From Cyanobacteria bacterium P01_D01_bin.156 (GTDB taxonomy: Bacteria > Cyanobacteriota > Cyanobacteriia > Phormidesmidales > Phormidesmidaceae): a stretch of DNA of 58,940 nucleotides. The notes under the pieces were generated by a model. The model was not told the origin of the DNA and searched no databases. It worked only from the letters and a program-made list of their open reading frames with translations. Where the stretch lies: the NCBI GenBank assembly GCA_039024555.1, contig JBCCQQ010000039.1, positions 1 to 58,940 of the forward strand, read 5' to 3'. The translations under genes and the position numbers were made by a program. Every line of letters begins with the position of its first letter. Position 1 is the first letter of the stretch. Shown in pieces: positions 29,363 through 40,630 of this stretch.

Positions 29363-29803
29363 ATGCATCTGCTTTCTGAAAAAAGCCTCATTAGCGAGAC
29401 GTCCATCCCTGTTATTTTGCAGTGGTGGCAGCGACGGAAACGTCGGGCTACCTCAGGGGATGTTCTCAGTAATCCGGTGGTCAAGGATATTGATTCCACT
29501 TATCTAAGCAAGTATCAGCGATTGATGAATGTGTATGCTGTGGTGAAATCTGGCGGTGCTGCTGCCCAGATCCAGGCTACCAATGATCATTTAGAGCGCG
29601 AAAAGGCAGCTATCGACCGCCGTTTGGGGCAAATTGGTAATCAGCCAGACACCAATGATGAATATTTGCAGCTATTGCAGGAAGCTCAAGAGCTAGAACG
29701 CTCTGCCCGTTGGCGCATTAATCGTTTGCAGGAGATTCAACCTGAAGAAGAAGTGGCGGTGCGTGAGTATTTGCCAGCCATTGAAGATGCGTTGATTCGA
29801 TAA
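29363..29803 (+). CDS. Hypothetical protein (helical/coiled-coil)
   Basis: 146-aa ORF with plausible composition, 35 bp upstream of the next gene; no recognised motif. Confidence 0.65.
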   Translation: MHLLSEKSLISETSIPVILQWWQRRKRRATSGDVLSNPVVKDIDSTYLSKYQRLMNVYAVVKSGGAAAQIQATNDHLEREKAAIDRRLGQIGNQPDTNDEYLQLLQEAQELERSARWRINRLQEIQPEEEVAVREYLPAIEDALIR

Positions 29804-29838
29804 ATAAAGCCATACAGACCAATTCAGAGCGCAAATAC

Positions 29839-31359
29839 ATGGACTCCTACGACGTTGTCGTCATTGGTAGCGGCATTGGTGGCTTGGTAGCCGCAGGTTT
29901 ATTAGCTCGCTACGGTCGGCGGGTGCTCGTATGCGAAAGCCATACGCTGCCTGGTGGTGCTGCCCATGCGTTTCAGCGTCAGGGGTTTACCTTTGATTCA
30001 GGCCCGTCATTTTATTGCGGTTTGGCAGATCCATCGTCCTGTAACCCTCTACGGGAGGTATTGGCAGCCCTCGGAGAATCCATTGAAGCAGTGCCCTATG
30101 ATCCCCTGGGGCATTATCACTTTCCTGACCGCACCTTGGCTGTCTACGGTGATGCTGCTCGCTATCAGGCCTCTCTAGCGGAGTTTAGCCCCCAAGCAGC
30201 TGCCGAGCTTAAGGCCCTGACGGCAAAGATGTTAGCGATCTATCGTCCCCTAGGGTCTATTTCTACTCTGGCACTGCGGGCGGATGGTTGGCTGTTTCCG
30301 CTACTGCTACAGCGATTTCCGAAAGCGATGGTACAGCTGCTGCCTCAGTTACGAGGGCTGGGCCGCTCCATGGGGGATTTTGTTGATGAAACGGTGCAAG
30401 ACCCATGGCTGCGTCGATTGATCGACTTAGAATGTTTTTTGCTGTCTGGGATGAAGGCCCACCAAACCGTTGCCCCGGAAATGGCGTTTATGTTTGGGGA
30501 GCGGGCCGAGTCGGTAATTGACTATCCCATCGGTGGCAGTGGTGCGATTGTAGATGCTTTGGTGAGTGGTCTTGAACGCTGGGGAGGACAGCTGCGTCTG
30601 GGTACCCATGTGGATAAGATTTGGTTAGACGGTGGCACTGTGAATGGTGTGATGTTAAAGGGTGGAGAGCGAATTCAGGCGGATACGGTTATTTCTAATG
30701 CCACCCTTTGGGACACGTGTAACCATTTGCTGGATGCGGAAGACTTACCGAATAGCTATCGTCAGCAGGCTTTAGAGACACCTGCTGTGGATAGCTTTAT
30801 GCATTTGCATCTGGGCATTCGAGCTGATGGCTTGGACGATCTCACTATTCATCATGTGGTGGTTCACGATACGGAGCAGGACGTTACTACCCCTGGGAAT
30901 ACCTGTATGATTTCCATTCCGTCGGTGCTCGACCCCACCCTGGCCCCCGATGGGCATCACGTGGTTCATGCCTATACCCTGGAGCCCTGGCAAGGTTGGC
31001 GGCGTGATCAAAATTACTCAGAAAACAAAGAGGCAAAGGTGCAACCGCTGATACGGGCCTTACAAAAGGTAATTCCAGATATTTGCGATCGCATCACCCT
31101 TAAACTCATTGGCAGCCCCCTTACCCACCAGCGATTTCTGCGTCGTCATCAAGGAACTTATGGTCCTGCCATTGCTGCGGGTCAGGGACTTTTTCCTGGC
31201 TGTAAGACGCCTATCCAAGGACTTTATCGAGTAGGAGATAGCACCCTACCAGGAATTGGTGTACCGGCAGTGGCGGCATCGGGGATTCTTTGTGCCAATA
31301 GTTTGGTAAGTCCACGGGAAGCTGCAGCGCTGCTGGATTTACAAATGAGCCGCCCTTAG
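29839..31359 (+). CDS. Phytoene desaturase / carotenoid isomerase family FAD oxidoreductase
   Basis: DVVVIGSGIGG, GFTFDSGPS, YPIGGSGAI, SFMHLHLG, SPLTHQRFL...GTYGP, GDSTLPGIGVPAVAASG. Confidence 0.88.
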   Translation: MDSYDVVVIGSGIGGLVAAGLLARYGRRVLVCESHTLPGGAAHAFQRQGFTFDSGPSFYCGLADPSSCNPLREVLAALGESIEAVPYDPLGHYHFPDRTLAVYGDAARYQASLAEFSPQAAAELKALTAKMLAIYRPLGSISTLALRADGWLFPLLLQRFPKAMVQLLPQLRGLGRSMGDFVDETVQDPWLRRLIDLECFLLSGMKAHQTVAPEMAFMFGERAESVIDYPIGGSGAIVDALVSGLERWGGQLRLGTHVDKIWLDGGTVNGVMLKGGERIQADTVISNATLWDTCNHLLDAEDLPNSYRQQALETPAVDSFMHLHLGIRADGLDDLTIHHVVVHDTEQDVTTPGNTCMISIPSVLDPTLAPDGHHVVHAYTLEPWQGWRRDQNYSENKEAKVQPLIRALQKVIPDICDRITLKLIGSPLTHQRFLRRHQGTYGPAIAAGQGLFPGCKTPIQGLYRVGDSTLPGIGVPAVAASGILCANSLVSPREAAALLDLQMSRP

Positions 31360-31685
31360 TTGCAATGTATTGACCGTTGCTGCTCCACAGTTGGAGTGGC
31401 CAAAGCGTTGTAAATGAGCGATCGCAAAGATTTTGCATACCGCAACGCTATAAAGTACCTCGGTAGAAAATTGGTAATGTTCCTTTATCGCTCTGCAGTG
31501 ATGGGTACTGGTGGCGATTATTACGTTTCTGGGCTTAGTCAACCGGCTACCGTTATTGAGTAGTGAGGTCCTGACAATGTGCTGACGGACTCCGCCAATG
31601 GTGAAGAACATCTAAGACTGTGCTCATCAATGTCCAAAGCAGTTGTATGACTGATAAGTGGCTGATGTGTGTTTTTGTAAGATCT

Positions 31686-32855
31686 ATGAGTGGTTCGGTG
31701 GTGGGACGACGGGTTCTGTGGCTTCAGGTGCTGGGGCTGGCGTCAGTACAAGGTGCGATCGCACTTACCTGGGTTATTTACAACCTATACCTTGAAGATT
31801 TGCTGGTCACCTTGGGCTTTTCAGCGGCATTAGCAACGACGCTGCTAATCGTTGAAAACGCGATGGGTGCGGTGATGGAACCCTTGATGGGGAGCTTTTC
31901 CGACCAGCGTCAGCACTGGGTTGGGAGTCGATTTCCTCAAATCGCTCTGGGTCTGATTTTGGCGGCAGTGTGCTTCTTGGGCATTCCCCTGGTGTTTTTG
32001 GTGGGTTCATCGGTGAAGTCCCTGCTACCCGTCATACTAGTGACGTGGGCCTTGGCGATGACTGTGTTTCGCAGTCCTGCGCTCTCTCTCTTAGGTCGCT
32101 ATGCTTTTGAGGCCGATCTACCCCAAGCAGCAAGTGTTTTGACCATGGTTGGTGGGGTCACCGGAGCCATGGCCCCCCTGGCCAGTGACTTTATTTTGGG
32201 TATGGGTGCGCTGGCAGCATTTTCCATTGGCACAACAGTGCTGCTACTGGCGGCACTGGTGCTACGCCAGGTGCATCCCAATCAAACCGTTTCCACGTCA
32301 CCATCCTCTACGGGGGCTAACGCCCGAATGCCCTGGGCAAATTTGCCATGGATTGTGGGGACAGGGGCTGGGGTTGCGTTGGGTTTACGCCTTTTATTAA
32401 CAAGCTTTCCAACGGCAGTAGCGGCAACAGGATTTAGCCAGCCCAAGCTAATGATGGCGGCGCTATTTTTGACCGTGGCAGTGAGTGCGCTGCCCTGTGG
32501 CCAGCTGGCCACACGGTTGGGAAATCGTGTCGCGATGCTTCTAGGCTTAGGGGGAATGGTGGCAGCCACAGGTATTACAAACGTCATGGCAACATCGGGG
32601 ATTGCCATGTTTGTTGCGATCGCCATTGGCATTGCCTTTAGTCTGATTGGTAATGGGACTTTGCCCTATGCCCTCTCCATGGTGCCGCCTACCAAAGCAG
32701 GTTTAGGAACCGGTCTGTATTTTAGTGGTGGGGCTATGGCCATGAGCCTACTGGGTAGTTTTGGCACTAGCCTGAGCGATGGTCAAGCTTTGCTGGTAGC
32801 GGCTATTGGCTTTATCGCAGCAGCAGGCTGTATTTTGGTGAAGCAGCCTTCCTAG
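31686..32855 (+). CDS. MFS transporter
   Basis: About 12 hydrophobic segments, [26 protein letters not shown]. Start ATG 31686. Confidence 0.85.
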   Translation: MSGSVVGRRVLWLQVLGLASVQGAIALTWVIYNLYLEDLLVTLGFSAALATTLLIVENAMGAVMEPLMGSFSDQRQHWVGSRFPQIALGLILAAVCFLGIPLVFLVGSSVKSLLPVILVTWALAMTVFRSPALSLLGRYAFEADLPQAASVLTMVGGVTGAMAPLASDFILGMGALAAFSIGTTVLLLAALVLRQVHPNQTVSTSPSSTGANARMPWANLPWIVGTGAGVALGLRLLLTSFPTAVAATGFSQPKLMMAALFLTVAVSALPCGQLATRLGNRVAMLLGLGGMVAATGITNVMATSGIAMFVAIAIGIAFSLIGNGTLPYALSMVPPTKAGLGTGLYFSGGAMAMSLLGSFGTSLSDGQALLVAAIGFIAAAGCILVKQPS

Positions 32856-33925
32856 GTCCACTGGGTTGGGGCCATTTCTGACGGTACCAGGTTGGGAAAT
32901 GGCTCGGGTTCGAGAATCTCTTCTTTGGGCTTGGTTTCGTCCAGCAAATCCCAAATTACCTGGAGCAGTTCGTCTAGACCCTGGCGGCTGACGGCGGAAA
33001 TACCAAAGATGCGATCGCATCCACTCCTTGCCATCAACTCTTCAGTGACTACCTCCAGCTCATCTTCCGGCACCGCATCAACCTTGTTGAGTGCTAATAG
33101 CTGAGGCCGATCTGCTAAACCGTGCCCATAGGCCACCAGTTCCTGCTGAATGGTGTGGTAGTGCTCGATGGGGTCCAGGGTGGTGATGTCAATAACGTGC
33201 AGCAGTAGGCGGGTGCGCTCGATGTGGCGCAGGAATTCATGGCCCAGACCGGCACCAGCGTGAGCTCCTTCAATTAATCCCGGAATGTCGGCGAATACAG
33301 TGCCGTCCCCGGTAGGTCGGCGGACTACACCAAGATTGGGTACCAGTGTGGTAAACGGATAGTCGGCCACTTTGGGTTTAGCCGCTGACAGGGCTGAAAT
33401 CAATGTGGACTTACCGGCGTTGGGTAACCCGATAATTCCTACCTCAGCCAGTAGCTTCAGTTCTAGCCGAATGCGGCGTTCTTCTCCGGGTAACCCAGGC
33501 AAACAAGCTTCCGGTGCTCGGTTGCGATTGCTTAAAAAATGCTTATTTCCCAGACCCCCTTTGCCCCCTTCTGCCACACACAGGGTTTGGTTTTCGGCTA
33601 CCAAATCCCCCAACAGCTCATCCGTGTCAGCATCGTAGACCATGGTGCCGCAGGGGACTTCTACAATCAGGTCTTTCCCGGTGGCTCCGGTCATATTTTT
33701 AGGCCCCCCTCGTTCGCCATGGGGAGCACGAAATCGGTGAGCGTAGCGGAAGTCCAGCAATGTTTGCAAGTTGGTGACGGCTTGCAGTACTACTGAGCCC
33801 CCAGGACCGCCGTTACCACCGGAGGGGCCGCCGGTTGGTACATACTTTTCACGGCGAAAAGCTACGAGACCATCGCCACCGTCCCCACCTTGAACGTTGA
33901 CTTCTGCTTGATCGATAAATTGCAT
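32852..33925 (-). CDS. obgE: GTPase ObgE/CgtA
   Basis: [43 protein letters not shown]. Confidence 0.97.
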   Translation of the reverse strand: MQFIDQAEVNVQGGDGGDGLVAFRREKYVPTGGPSGGNGGPGGSVVLQAVTNLQTLLDFRYAHRFRAPHGERGGPKNMTGATGKDLIVEVPCGTMVYDADTDELLGDLVAENQTLCVAEGGKGGLGNKHFLSNRNRAPEACLPGLPGEERRIRLELKLLAEVGIIGLPNAGKSTLISALSAAKPKVADYPFTTLVPNLGVVRRPTGDGTVFADIPGLIEGAHAGAGLGHEFLRHIERTRLLLHVIDITTLDPIEHYHTIQQELVAYGHGLADRPQLLALNKVDAVPEDELEVVTEELMARSGCDRIFGISAVSRQGLDELLQVIWDLLDETKPKEEILEPEPFPNLVPSEMAPTQWT

Positions 33926-34076
33926 GGGAAAGGGATCGGCTAAAGAATGGACCGGCTAGTGCTGACTAATGAAGCTGTGTGCAATATTACACTGGCGAGA
34001 ATTGGATACTTATCCGGCGCCATAAATGCGCCCTCACTAGCGAACTAAATAGACCCTCTAGCCTAGCGCACTTTCC

Positions 34077-34535
34077 TTACCGAAGTTTTGCTAACTCTAA
34101 TTGTATCTGCTGAGCTAGCTCCTCATTCTCGCGATGGTTTTGGGTGATGACGTTAAACATCTCTGGGGTTAAACCCGTATCTTCCACAATTTCCTTGGCA
34201 TCATTACAGTAATCAACCAGCAAACGGCGTACTTGAGATCGCACTGCTCTCGGGAGTGTTTTCAAGCCATCTACATTGATACAGCGGAGATCGTGACGAG
34301 TGACATCTTCGTTAGCAATAGTCATTAAATCGGCAATCTCTTCGTACGCTGTAATGCGAACTTCCTCAATAGCGAGTACAGCTGTGGCGTAGTTGCTAAT
34401 TTCCTGCTCAGTAAAGTTTTGGGCATGACTACTTTGCCAAAGGCTGGAAATCGGTAACCAGACACTCGCCAGGAGCGTGGCTCCAAGTAACCAGGTGCGA
34501 TGGTAGCGTCTGCTAGAGCGATGAAAAAGCATCAT
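34077..34535 (-). CDS. DUF4168-like secreted protein
   Basis: Signal peptide, EISNYATAVLAIE, two Cys, IVEDTGLTPEMFN. Start uncertain. Confidence 0.7.
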   Translation of the reverse strand: MMLFHRSSRRYHRTWLLGATLLASVWLPISSLWQSSHAQNFTEQEISNYATAVLAIEEVRITAYEEIADLMTIANEDVTRHDLRCINVDGLKTLPRAVRSQVRRLLVDYCNDAKEIVEDTGLTPEMFNVITQNHRENEELAQQIQLELAKLR

Positions 34536-34600
34536 GGCAATACCCCTAGTAAAACCTGAATAATTTTGCCTCAGAAATGGCAAAAACGGCAGAGTCTCCC

Positions 34601-35587
34601 TTAAATTGGCCTAAAACAATGTGCCAGTTCCATGACTTTTGTATGGAGTGTAATGGTTTCAGGGGCTCCTTGCTTAAGTTCATATTCCAAGGCGAGCAAC
34701 AGTTTCAGGGCGTTTTGTAACTGTAATGCAGATAGATTGCGCACATCCTTTTGGAGAAAGTAAATTCGCTTTGGGTTGCCCACATCAGCAGCCTGGGCAA
34801 TGGTGCGATTATCCCGTTCGCCAGCGTCGGTCATGAGTTTGACCCATAGCCAGGTGCGAAACTGCCCTACCAGAGTTGCCACAATCCGCAGGGCTGGTTC
34901 ATTACGCTCTAATAGTTCCGTAATCAGCGTGAGGGCGCGGTCGGTTTGGCCCTGACGCAAAGCCCCTGCCAGCTGCAAACTGCTTTGGGTGCTGGTTGCT
35001 ACCAATGCATTCACGGCTTCTGGGGGCAGCGCTTCCTTAGGTTCGACCCAGTAGGTTTTAAGTTTTTCTAGCTCATTGTATAAACGCCGGGTATCAGCAC
35101 CGACGGCCTCTCCCAGCAAGGCGGCTGCGGCTGGTGTGAGCTGTAGACCCACTTCCTTAGCAACTTGATAGACCTGGTGCTCGATTTGGTCTGTTTTCCA
35201 GGGAGGAATTGTGTCAAATTCTCGGGTATCGGCGTACTTCTTGAGGAGTTTTGTGGATTTGAGGCGACCGTCGGGCTTATTACTGCTGGTCAATAACAGA
35301 ATTGAGCTATCAGGAATGTTGGGTAGTGTGCGCTCTAGTTCAGCGAGTACATCGGCAGAACAGCGCTGGCACACGGGGGTATCCACTAGCCACACCACCC
35401 GCTTACCCATGCCAAAGGGTGGGGTCATGGCCTGATTTAATCCCTGCGTAATGGCATCCGGCTGTTCTGGTAAGATTTGCTCGTAGTTAAAGCTAGACCA
35501 GTCAGGATTAACGTGGCGATCACAGAGCGATCGCACCGCTTTTTTCATCCGAAATTCATCGGCACCCCAAAAGAAATAAACCGGCAT
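34601..35587 (-). CDS. holA: DNA polymerase III subunit delta
   Basis: MPVYFFWG, AMTPPFGMG, KPDGRLKSTK, LYNELEKL, ALRIVATL, GNPKRIYFL. Confidence 0.93.
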   Translation of the reverse strand: MPVYFFWGADEFRMKKAVRSLCDRHVNPDWSSFNYEQILPEQPDAITQGLNQAMTPPFGMGKRVVWLVDTPVCQRCSADVLAELERTLPNIPDSSILLLTSSNKPDGRLKSTKLLKKYADTREFDTIPPWKTDQIEHQVYQVAKEVGLQLTPAAAALLGEAVGADTRRLYNELEKLKTYWVEPKEALPPEAVNALVATSTQSSLQLAGALRQGQTDRALTLITELLERNEPALRIVATLVGQFRTWLWVKLMTDAGERDNRTIAQAADVGNPKRIYFLQKDVRNLSALQLQNALKLLLALEYELKQGAPETITLHTKVMELAHCFRPI

Positions 35588-35688
35588 TTACATCCCCATC
35601 ACCAACGTTTTCCATCGGTTGCGGTTGTGTCACGAAAACCAACATCCCAAATCATAAGGCACGACACCCAACATCTCGGATTACGGGG

Positions 35689-37233
35689 TTATCCGTCTAA
35701 TAGGGCTTCGACAAATTCGTAGCTGGAGAACGGTCTTAGATCTTCGATACCCTCTCCCGCGCCAATAAACCGAATGGGTAATCCCAGCTGTTGTACGACG
35801 GCGAGGGCGACACCACCCTTGGCCGTACCATCGAGCTTGGTGAGTACAACACCGCTAAGGTTAGCGGCTTCTGAAAAGACCTGGGCCTGACGTACTCCGT
35901 TCTGACCCAGGGTGGAATCTAGCACTAGCAGGGCTTCTATCTTGGAATCTGGCGCTTTCTTATCTACGATGCGACGAATCTTAGTTAATTCGTCCATCAG
36001 ATTTTTCTTATTTTGTAGTCGGCCTGCGGTGTCTACCAGTAGTAATTCCGTATTGCGGGATTTTGCAGCTGCGATCGCATCAAATACCACCGCTGCAGGG
36101 TCCGTATTGGCTCCGGGGTTAGCAATCACCTCCACACCGCTGCGGGCTCCCCAGACTTTCACTTGTTCCACGGCTGCTGCACGAAATGTATCCGCTGCCG
36201 CAATCAAACAGTTATAGCCAGACTTTTGAGCAATGTGGGTGAGCTTACCAATGGTGGTGGTTTTTCCCGCCCCGTTGACGCCCACCATCAACCAAATATT
36301 GAGGGTTTCTGCCTCAGGTACAAAAAGGAGATTATGATCGCCATCTAGAGGGCTATCTAGCATATCCCTGAGAATTTTCTTGAGGTAGCGAATAGCGGCT
36401 TCTGGTGGTAATGTGGCTTCCCGCATTTTTTCCTGCAGGGCATTGATAATCACGTCGGTGGCTTCTACGCCGACATCAGCCTGGAGTAGCAATGCCTCAA
36501 TTTCATAAATCGCCTCTTCATTCAGCGGCCCTTGCCCCACCACTGACTTCAGCTGATTTACCAAGCCTCGGCGGGTTTTGCCCAGTCCTTGGCGGAGCTG
36601 ATTTAGCCAGGTGATTTCTTCGACAGAAATGTCATCTGGACGTCGCCCTTGAGATGCAAGGACTTCGGCTGACCAGAGAAAGGCCTCGTCTAAATCAACG
36701 GCTGGCATTTCCAGCGCGGGCTCGGGTTCTAATTCTTCTTCTGGCTCAGGTTCTGGCTCTGTAATAGCTGTTTCTTTGAGTTTAGCTAGACGTGCTTCAC
36801 GTTCCGCTTCGGCTGCTTTTGCCCAAAAAGGAGCAGCTACTGAAGCCGCATCTTCTGTTTCTGGTGTTTCTTCAGCAGCAGCTTCTTCGACCGGATCAGT
36901 AACAATTGCTTCCTGCGGCGCTGGGGTCTCTGCTATCGTTTCAGTCTTGTCCGAAGTGCTAGGTTCAGTTGCATGGGTTTCCAGAGTCTCCGAAACAGGT
37001 TCTTCAGCGACCGCTTCCGAAACAGGTTCTTCAGGTTCAGACTGCTGTTGTTGAATATTTTGATAGGCCGCTTTCGCCCACGCAAGGTAGTCTTCAGCGC
37101 TGGCAGGGGAATCGCTTTCTGCTGTAGCAGATTCTTCAACGGTGGATTCCGCAGCTGGGTTCTCGGCAGATTGTGCATCCTCTCCATCTGAGGATTCATT
37201 ATGGCTACGGCGAAACCAGTTAAAAGAAGACAT
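35689..37233 (-). CDS. ftsY: Signal recognition particle receptor FtsY
   Basis: Acidic N-terminal region; GVNGAGKTTT, DTFRAAA, DTAGR, TKLDGTAKGG. Confidence 0.97.
   Translation of the reverse strand: MSSFNWFRRSHNESSDGEDAQSAENPAAESTVEESATAESDSPASAEDYLAWAKAAYQNIQQQQSEPEEPVSEAVAEEPVSETLETHATEPSTSDKTETIAETPAPQEAIVTDPVEEAAAEETPETEDAASVAAPFWAKAAEAEREARLAKLKETAITEPEPEPEEELEPEPALEMPAVDLDEAFLWSAEVLASQGRRPDDISVEEITWLNQLRQGLGKTRRGLVNQLKSVVGQGPLNEEAIYEIEALLLQADVGVEATDVIINALQEKMREATLPPEAAIRYLKKILRDMLDSPLDGDHNLLFVPEAETLNIWLMVGVNGAGKTTTIGKLTHIAQKSGYNCLIAAADTFRAAAVEQVKVWGARSGVEVIANPGANTDPAAVVFDAIAAAKSRNTELLLVDTAGRLQNKKNLMDELTKIRRIVDKKAPDSKIEALLVLDSTLGQNGVRQAQVFSEAANLSGVVLTKLDGTAKGGVALAVVQQLGLPIRFIGAGEGIEDLRPFSSYEFVEALLDG
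36989..37034. repeat. 19-bp direct repeat within the ftsY acidic linker
   Basis: TCCGAAACAGGTTCTTCAG at 36989-37007 and 37016-37034 (27-bp period; EEPVSE twice). Confidence 0.8.
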
Positions 37234-37349
37234 AGGGAATGGGCAGTAAGAGAGTTGAGAGAAAACTGTGAGGAATGCGTTACACCTAAGGGTGCAAACT
37301 TTCTAACGGGGCAGCGCATACCGTCAATTATTCAGAGACGATTTTCCGA

Positions 37350-38021
37350 TCATGCAGAGTTCTGATTATCAGTGGAGTCAACTGAGGCTTGTTTGGTTTT
37401 GCCCTCAATCTGATCCGTCACTCGACGCATCACCCCATTGATAAATCGATAGCCATCTTCATCACTGTATCGTTTGGCGATTTCGATAGCTTCATCAATG
37501 GCAATCCGTTTATCTACCGCTAAATATAAGATTTCAGTTACAGCAATTCGCAAAATATCGCGATCGATACGAGCTAACCGCTTCAAATTCCAACCCACCA
37601 TTGCTCCATCGAGTTGCTGGTCAATGGTGTCCCGGTGTTTATTGAGCTGAGTCACAATACGCAGGGCGTAGTCCTGGACATCCTGACGCCCTGCTAACTG
37701 CACAAATTCTGGGAGTTCTGCCGCTGCCCCCAATCGATTAATGGCTGTTTTTACCTGTTCTATGGCTTCTTTCACCGTTGTTTGGGCACTACTTAAGTCC
37801 CCGGAGCGAGTTTCACTGTTGAGTAGATGTCGGTCGCCACGGGCTAATTCTGTAGATGCCGCTTCTAAGGATTCTTTGATTTCGTTCGTTAGTGCACGAA
37901 TTGCTCCTGTTAAAAGAGCATCCACAGAGGGAGCAGATTTGTTTTGATTTGGCTTAGGGTCGTCGTTCAGCTGGCTCATGCCCAGGAGCGCCAACTCACG
38001 CGCAATGCGACGGGATTGCAT
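37350..38021 (-). CDS. nusB: Transcription antitermination factor NusB
   Basis: RRIARELAL, WNLKRLARIDRDILR, AIDEAIEIAKRY, FINGVM. Confidence 0.95.
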   Translation of the reverse strand: MQSRRIARELALLGMSQLNDDPKPNQNKSAPSVDALLTGAIRALTNEIKESLEAASTELARGDRHLLNSETRSGDLSSAQTTVKEAIEQVKTAINRLGAAAELPEFVQLAGRQDVQDYALRIVTQLNKHRDTIDQQLDGAMVGWNLKRLARIDRDILRIAVTEILYLAVDKRIAIDEAIEIAKRYSDEDGYRFINGVMRRVTDQIEGKTKQASVDSTDNQNSA

Positions 38022-38083
38022 GGTTATTGAGGTGGATGATCTAGCTCAGCTATCTTATCAGCCAGTGTAGAAGAGCAGTCTGT

Positions 38084-38851
38084 CTATCCTGGTTGATCGA
38101 TATTGACCAGTTCAACCCTGGTTTCTGGAGATTCAACTGGTTTAGTACTCGATAGTTCGTTAGCAGTTTCTGCTTGATCTTCAGAAGATAGCTCAGGTGT
38201 ATGGGAATCTTCCTCGTCTACCAATGCTTCGGCCAGATTAGGACCGACAATACCACCTGACAATAGAACCTTAAATGCCTCTTCAATGGAAATGCTGAGG
38301 TTAACCACATCGGTTTCAGGTACCACTGCATACCAACCGCTGGTGGGATTGGGTGTGGTCGGCACAAACACACTGAGCATGTTGGTGTCAGGAGTCATGG
38401 ACGTGGCTGAGCTAGTCACAAAAGCAATGGCCCAAATGCCACGACGAGGATATTCCACCAAGACCACACGGCTAAATTTGCTTTTTGTATCCTTTAGAAC
38501 CGTTTCTAGGAGCTGCTTGAGAGTTTTATAAACAGAGCCTGCCAAAGGGATGGACTGTAGAATTCGTTCCCCGACATCCAGCAACCAGCGACCGGCAATA
38601 TTGCGAGCCATGAGACCGATCAATAGAATCGATAACAGCGGCACTGCAAAACCAACACCCAGGTTAAACAAAGCAACGAGAGCGGGATGAAGATCCACGA
38701 AGGGATTTAATTGCTTGGGAAATCGGGTCAGGGCACGAATAACCCAGCTAGCTACGGTAATAGTCAACCAAATGGTTGTAGCTAGCGGGATAATTACTAG
38801 AAGACCTGCAATGAGGTCATTCTTTAAACCTTGCCTAAAGTCTTTTAGCAC
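38084..38851 (-). CDS. DUF502 membrane protein
   Basis: LIAGLLVIIPL, IPLAGSVYK, VLVEYPRRG, FVPTTPNPTSG. Confidence 0.92.
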   Translation of the reverse strand: MLKDFRQGLKNDLIAGLLVIIPLATTIWLTITVASWVIRALTRFPKQLNPFVDLHPALVALFNLGVGFAVPLLSILLIGLMARNIAGRWLLDVGERILQSIPLAGSVYKTLKQLLETVLKDTKSKFSRVVLVEYPRRGIWAIAFVTSSATSMTPDTNMLSVFVPTTPNPTSGWYAVVPETDVVNLSISIEEAFKVLLSGGIVGPNLAEALVDEEDSHTPELSSEDQAETANELSSTKPVESPETRVELVNIDQPG

Positions 38852-39047
38852 GGGCTAACGTCTCGGTTATGGTCGTAGCAGAGGGGACTAGCTGCAGTGA
38901 TTAGGATGGGTTTCAGAGAACTATAGTGGCTCGCTGTGTCGCTCGTCACTATCTATATCCTAATTTATTTAGGACACTTGGTCGGGATCGGTTGAAGTTC
39001 GGTCGGATACAGCTTTGTTGCTTCCTATATATATCAGGGATATCAGA

Positions 39048-40445
39048 TTAAATTTGTAAAACTCTCCGTGCCAAATTTAAATAAATCAGCACGCCAAACA
39101 CGTCTACAACTGTGGTGATAAAGGGGGCCGACATCAGAGCTGGGTCGAATCCCAGACTCTGAAAGAGTATAGGTAGAGCTGCTCCTGCGCTAGAGGCCAA
39201 GATAGCGATCGCAACCAAACTGCATCCCACAGAAAGAGCTACCCCCAAGCTAATGTCAGGAGCGAGATAGGCCACCCCCGTAACCACTAGGCCCAGCATT
39301 AGCCCTAAGAAGGCTCCAGCAATCGCTTCTCGACGGATTACCTGAAAGGCATCTCTAAGCTTAAGCTCGTCGGTATTAAGGCCGCGAATGACCACTGTGG
39401 ATGATTGAGCGCCTACATTACCACCGGTACCAATCAGCAATGGGATAAAAGATGCCAGCACCGCCACCTGTTGGATCAGGCTTTCTTGGCTTTTGATCAC
39501 CGCTGCGGTTATGGTGTTAGCCACTAGCAATACTGATAGCCATACCACTCGCTTGCGAGCTACTGTGAGTAGGTTGGTTTGAAAGTAGTTATCACCGCCT
39601 GATTGCACTCCACCAAGGGCATAGATATCCTTAGTGGTTTCTTCTTCTAGGATGTCGAGAACATCGTCCACAGTGATAATCCCCACCAGACGTTCTTCGG
39701 TATCTACCACCGGCACTGCCAAAAAGTCATAGCGCTGGATCAAGCGGGCGACTTCCTCCTGGTCTATGCCCGTTTGGACGGACACCACCTCGCGGGTCAT
39801 GAGTTCGCCAATGGTTTTTTCTGGTTGACTAGTCACCAAAATCCGTAGGGACAAAATGCCAGTGAGACGGCGGGCATGGTCAGTTACATACAAGTAATAG
39901 ACGGTCTCGCTAACGCTGGCCAGTTTGCGGATATGTTTCAGTGCCTGCTCAATAGTCCAGTTTTCTTTTAAGGCAATGTACTCGGGGGTCATGGCCCGCC
40001 CAGCGGTACCCGCTTCATATCCTAGTAAGAGGGCGGTGGATTCTCGTTCTTGGGCGCTGAGCTGTTGGAGCAATTGTCGGACTACTTTGGCAGGAAGTTC
40101 ATCGAAGAGCTTGGCGCGATCGTCTGGGGACATTTTGTCGACAATGTCGATGACGTCCTGGCGCTTAAAATCTTCAATTAGGGTTTGCTGAATGCTGGAG
40201 TCGAGGTTTTCGTAGACCTCAATGGCTTCACTTTTGGATAGTAACCGAAATGCCAGGGCCTGCATGGTATCTGGAAGACCCTCTATCGCTTCTGCAATAT
40301 CGGCAGGCTGTACTGGCACCAGCAGTGCTTTGGCACCTGGATAATTGTTTTGCTCCAGGAGGGCTTGGAGTTGCGATCGCACCAGTTCACGCAGTTCCCT
40401 GCGCGAAAATGATGCAGTGCTAGTAGCCTGTTCAGTATCCGTCAA
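39048..40445 (-). CDS. mgtE: Magnesium transporter MgtE
   Basis: PADIAE, TAGRAMTPEY, CBS pair, GIITVDD, GTGGNVGAQ, DPALMSAPFITTVVD. TTG start. Confidence 0.96.
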   Translation of the reverse strand: MTDTEQATSTASFSRRELRELVRSQLQALLEQNNYPGAKALLVPVQPADIAEAIEGLPDTMQALAFRLLSKSEAIEVYENLDSSIQQTLIEDFKRQDVIDIVDKMSPDDRAKLFDELPAKVVRQLLQQLSAQERESTALLLGYEAGTAGRAMTPEYIALKENWTIEQALKHIRKLASVSETVYYLYVTDHARRLTGILSLRILVTSQPEKTIGELMTREVVSVQTGIDQEEVARLIQRYDFLAVPVVDTEERLVGIITVDDVLDILEEETTKDIYALGGVQSGGDNYFQTNLLTVARKRVVWLSVLLVANTITAAVIKSQESLIQQVAVLASFIPLLIGTGGNVGAQSSTVVIRGLNTDELKLRDAFQVIRREAIAGAFLGLMLGLVVTGVAYLAPDISLGVALSVGCSLVAIAILASSAGAALPILFQSLGFDPALMSAPFITTVVDVFGVLIYLNLARRVLQI

Positions 40446-40630
40446 GGAAGGTATGCCCGAGCCAGTTGCCTATAGTCTAGTGGCGGAATGGATCTTAGTT
40501 GAAGGAAATAGTGCAAATTTCTTGAGGGAGAGGGCAATGCGCTGGGGAATAAAAATTGGCGTTAGAAAATTTCTCTATTTTGGAACAGTCTCATCTTCAA
40601 ACCTATTCCCCGCTGCCGATTGCCTCACCC

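Noticed and set aside
31360..31685. Possible IS200/IS605 omega-RNA remnant or small ORFs between the desaturase-family gene and the MFS gene
   Set aside because: Only short chance-level resemblance, no IscB/TnpB nearby, and the small ORFs lack motifs or a clear RBS.
36989..37034. ftsY internal repeat as a mobile or regulatory element
   Set aside because: It is an in-frame duplication in the low-complexity acidic linker, which is ordinary for FtsY.
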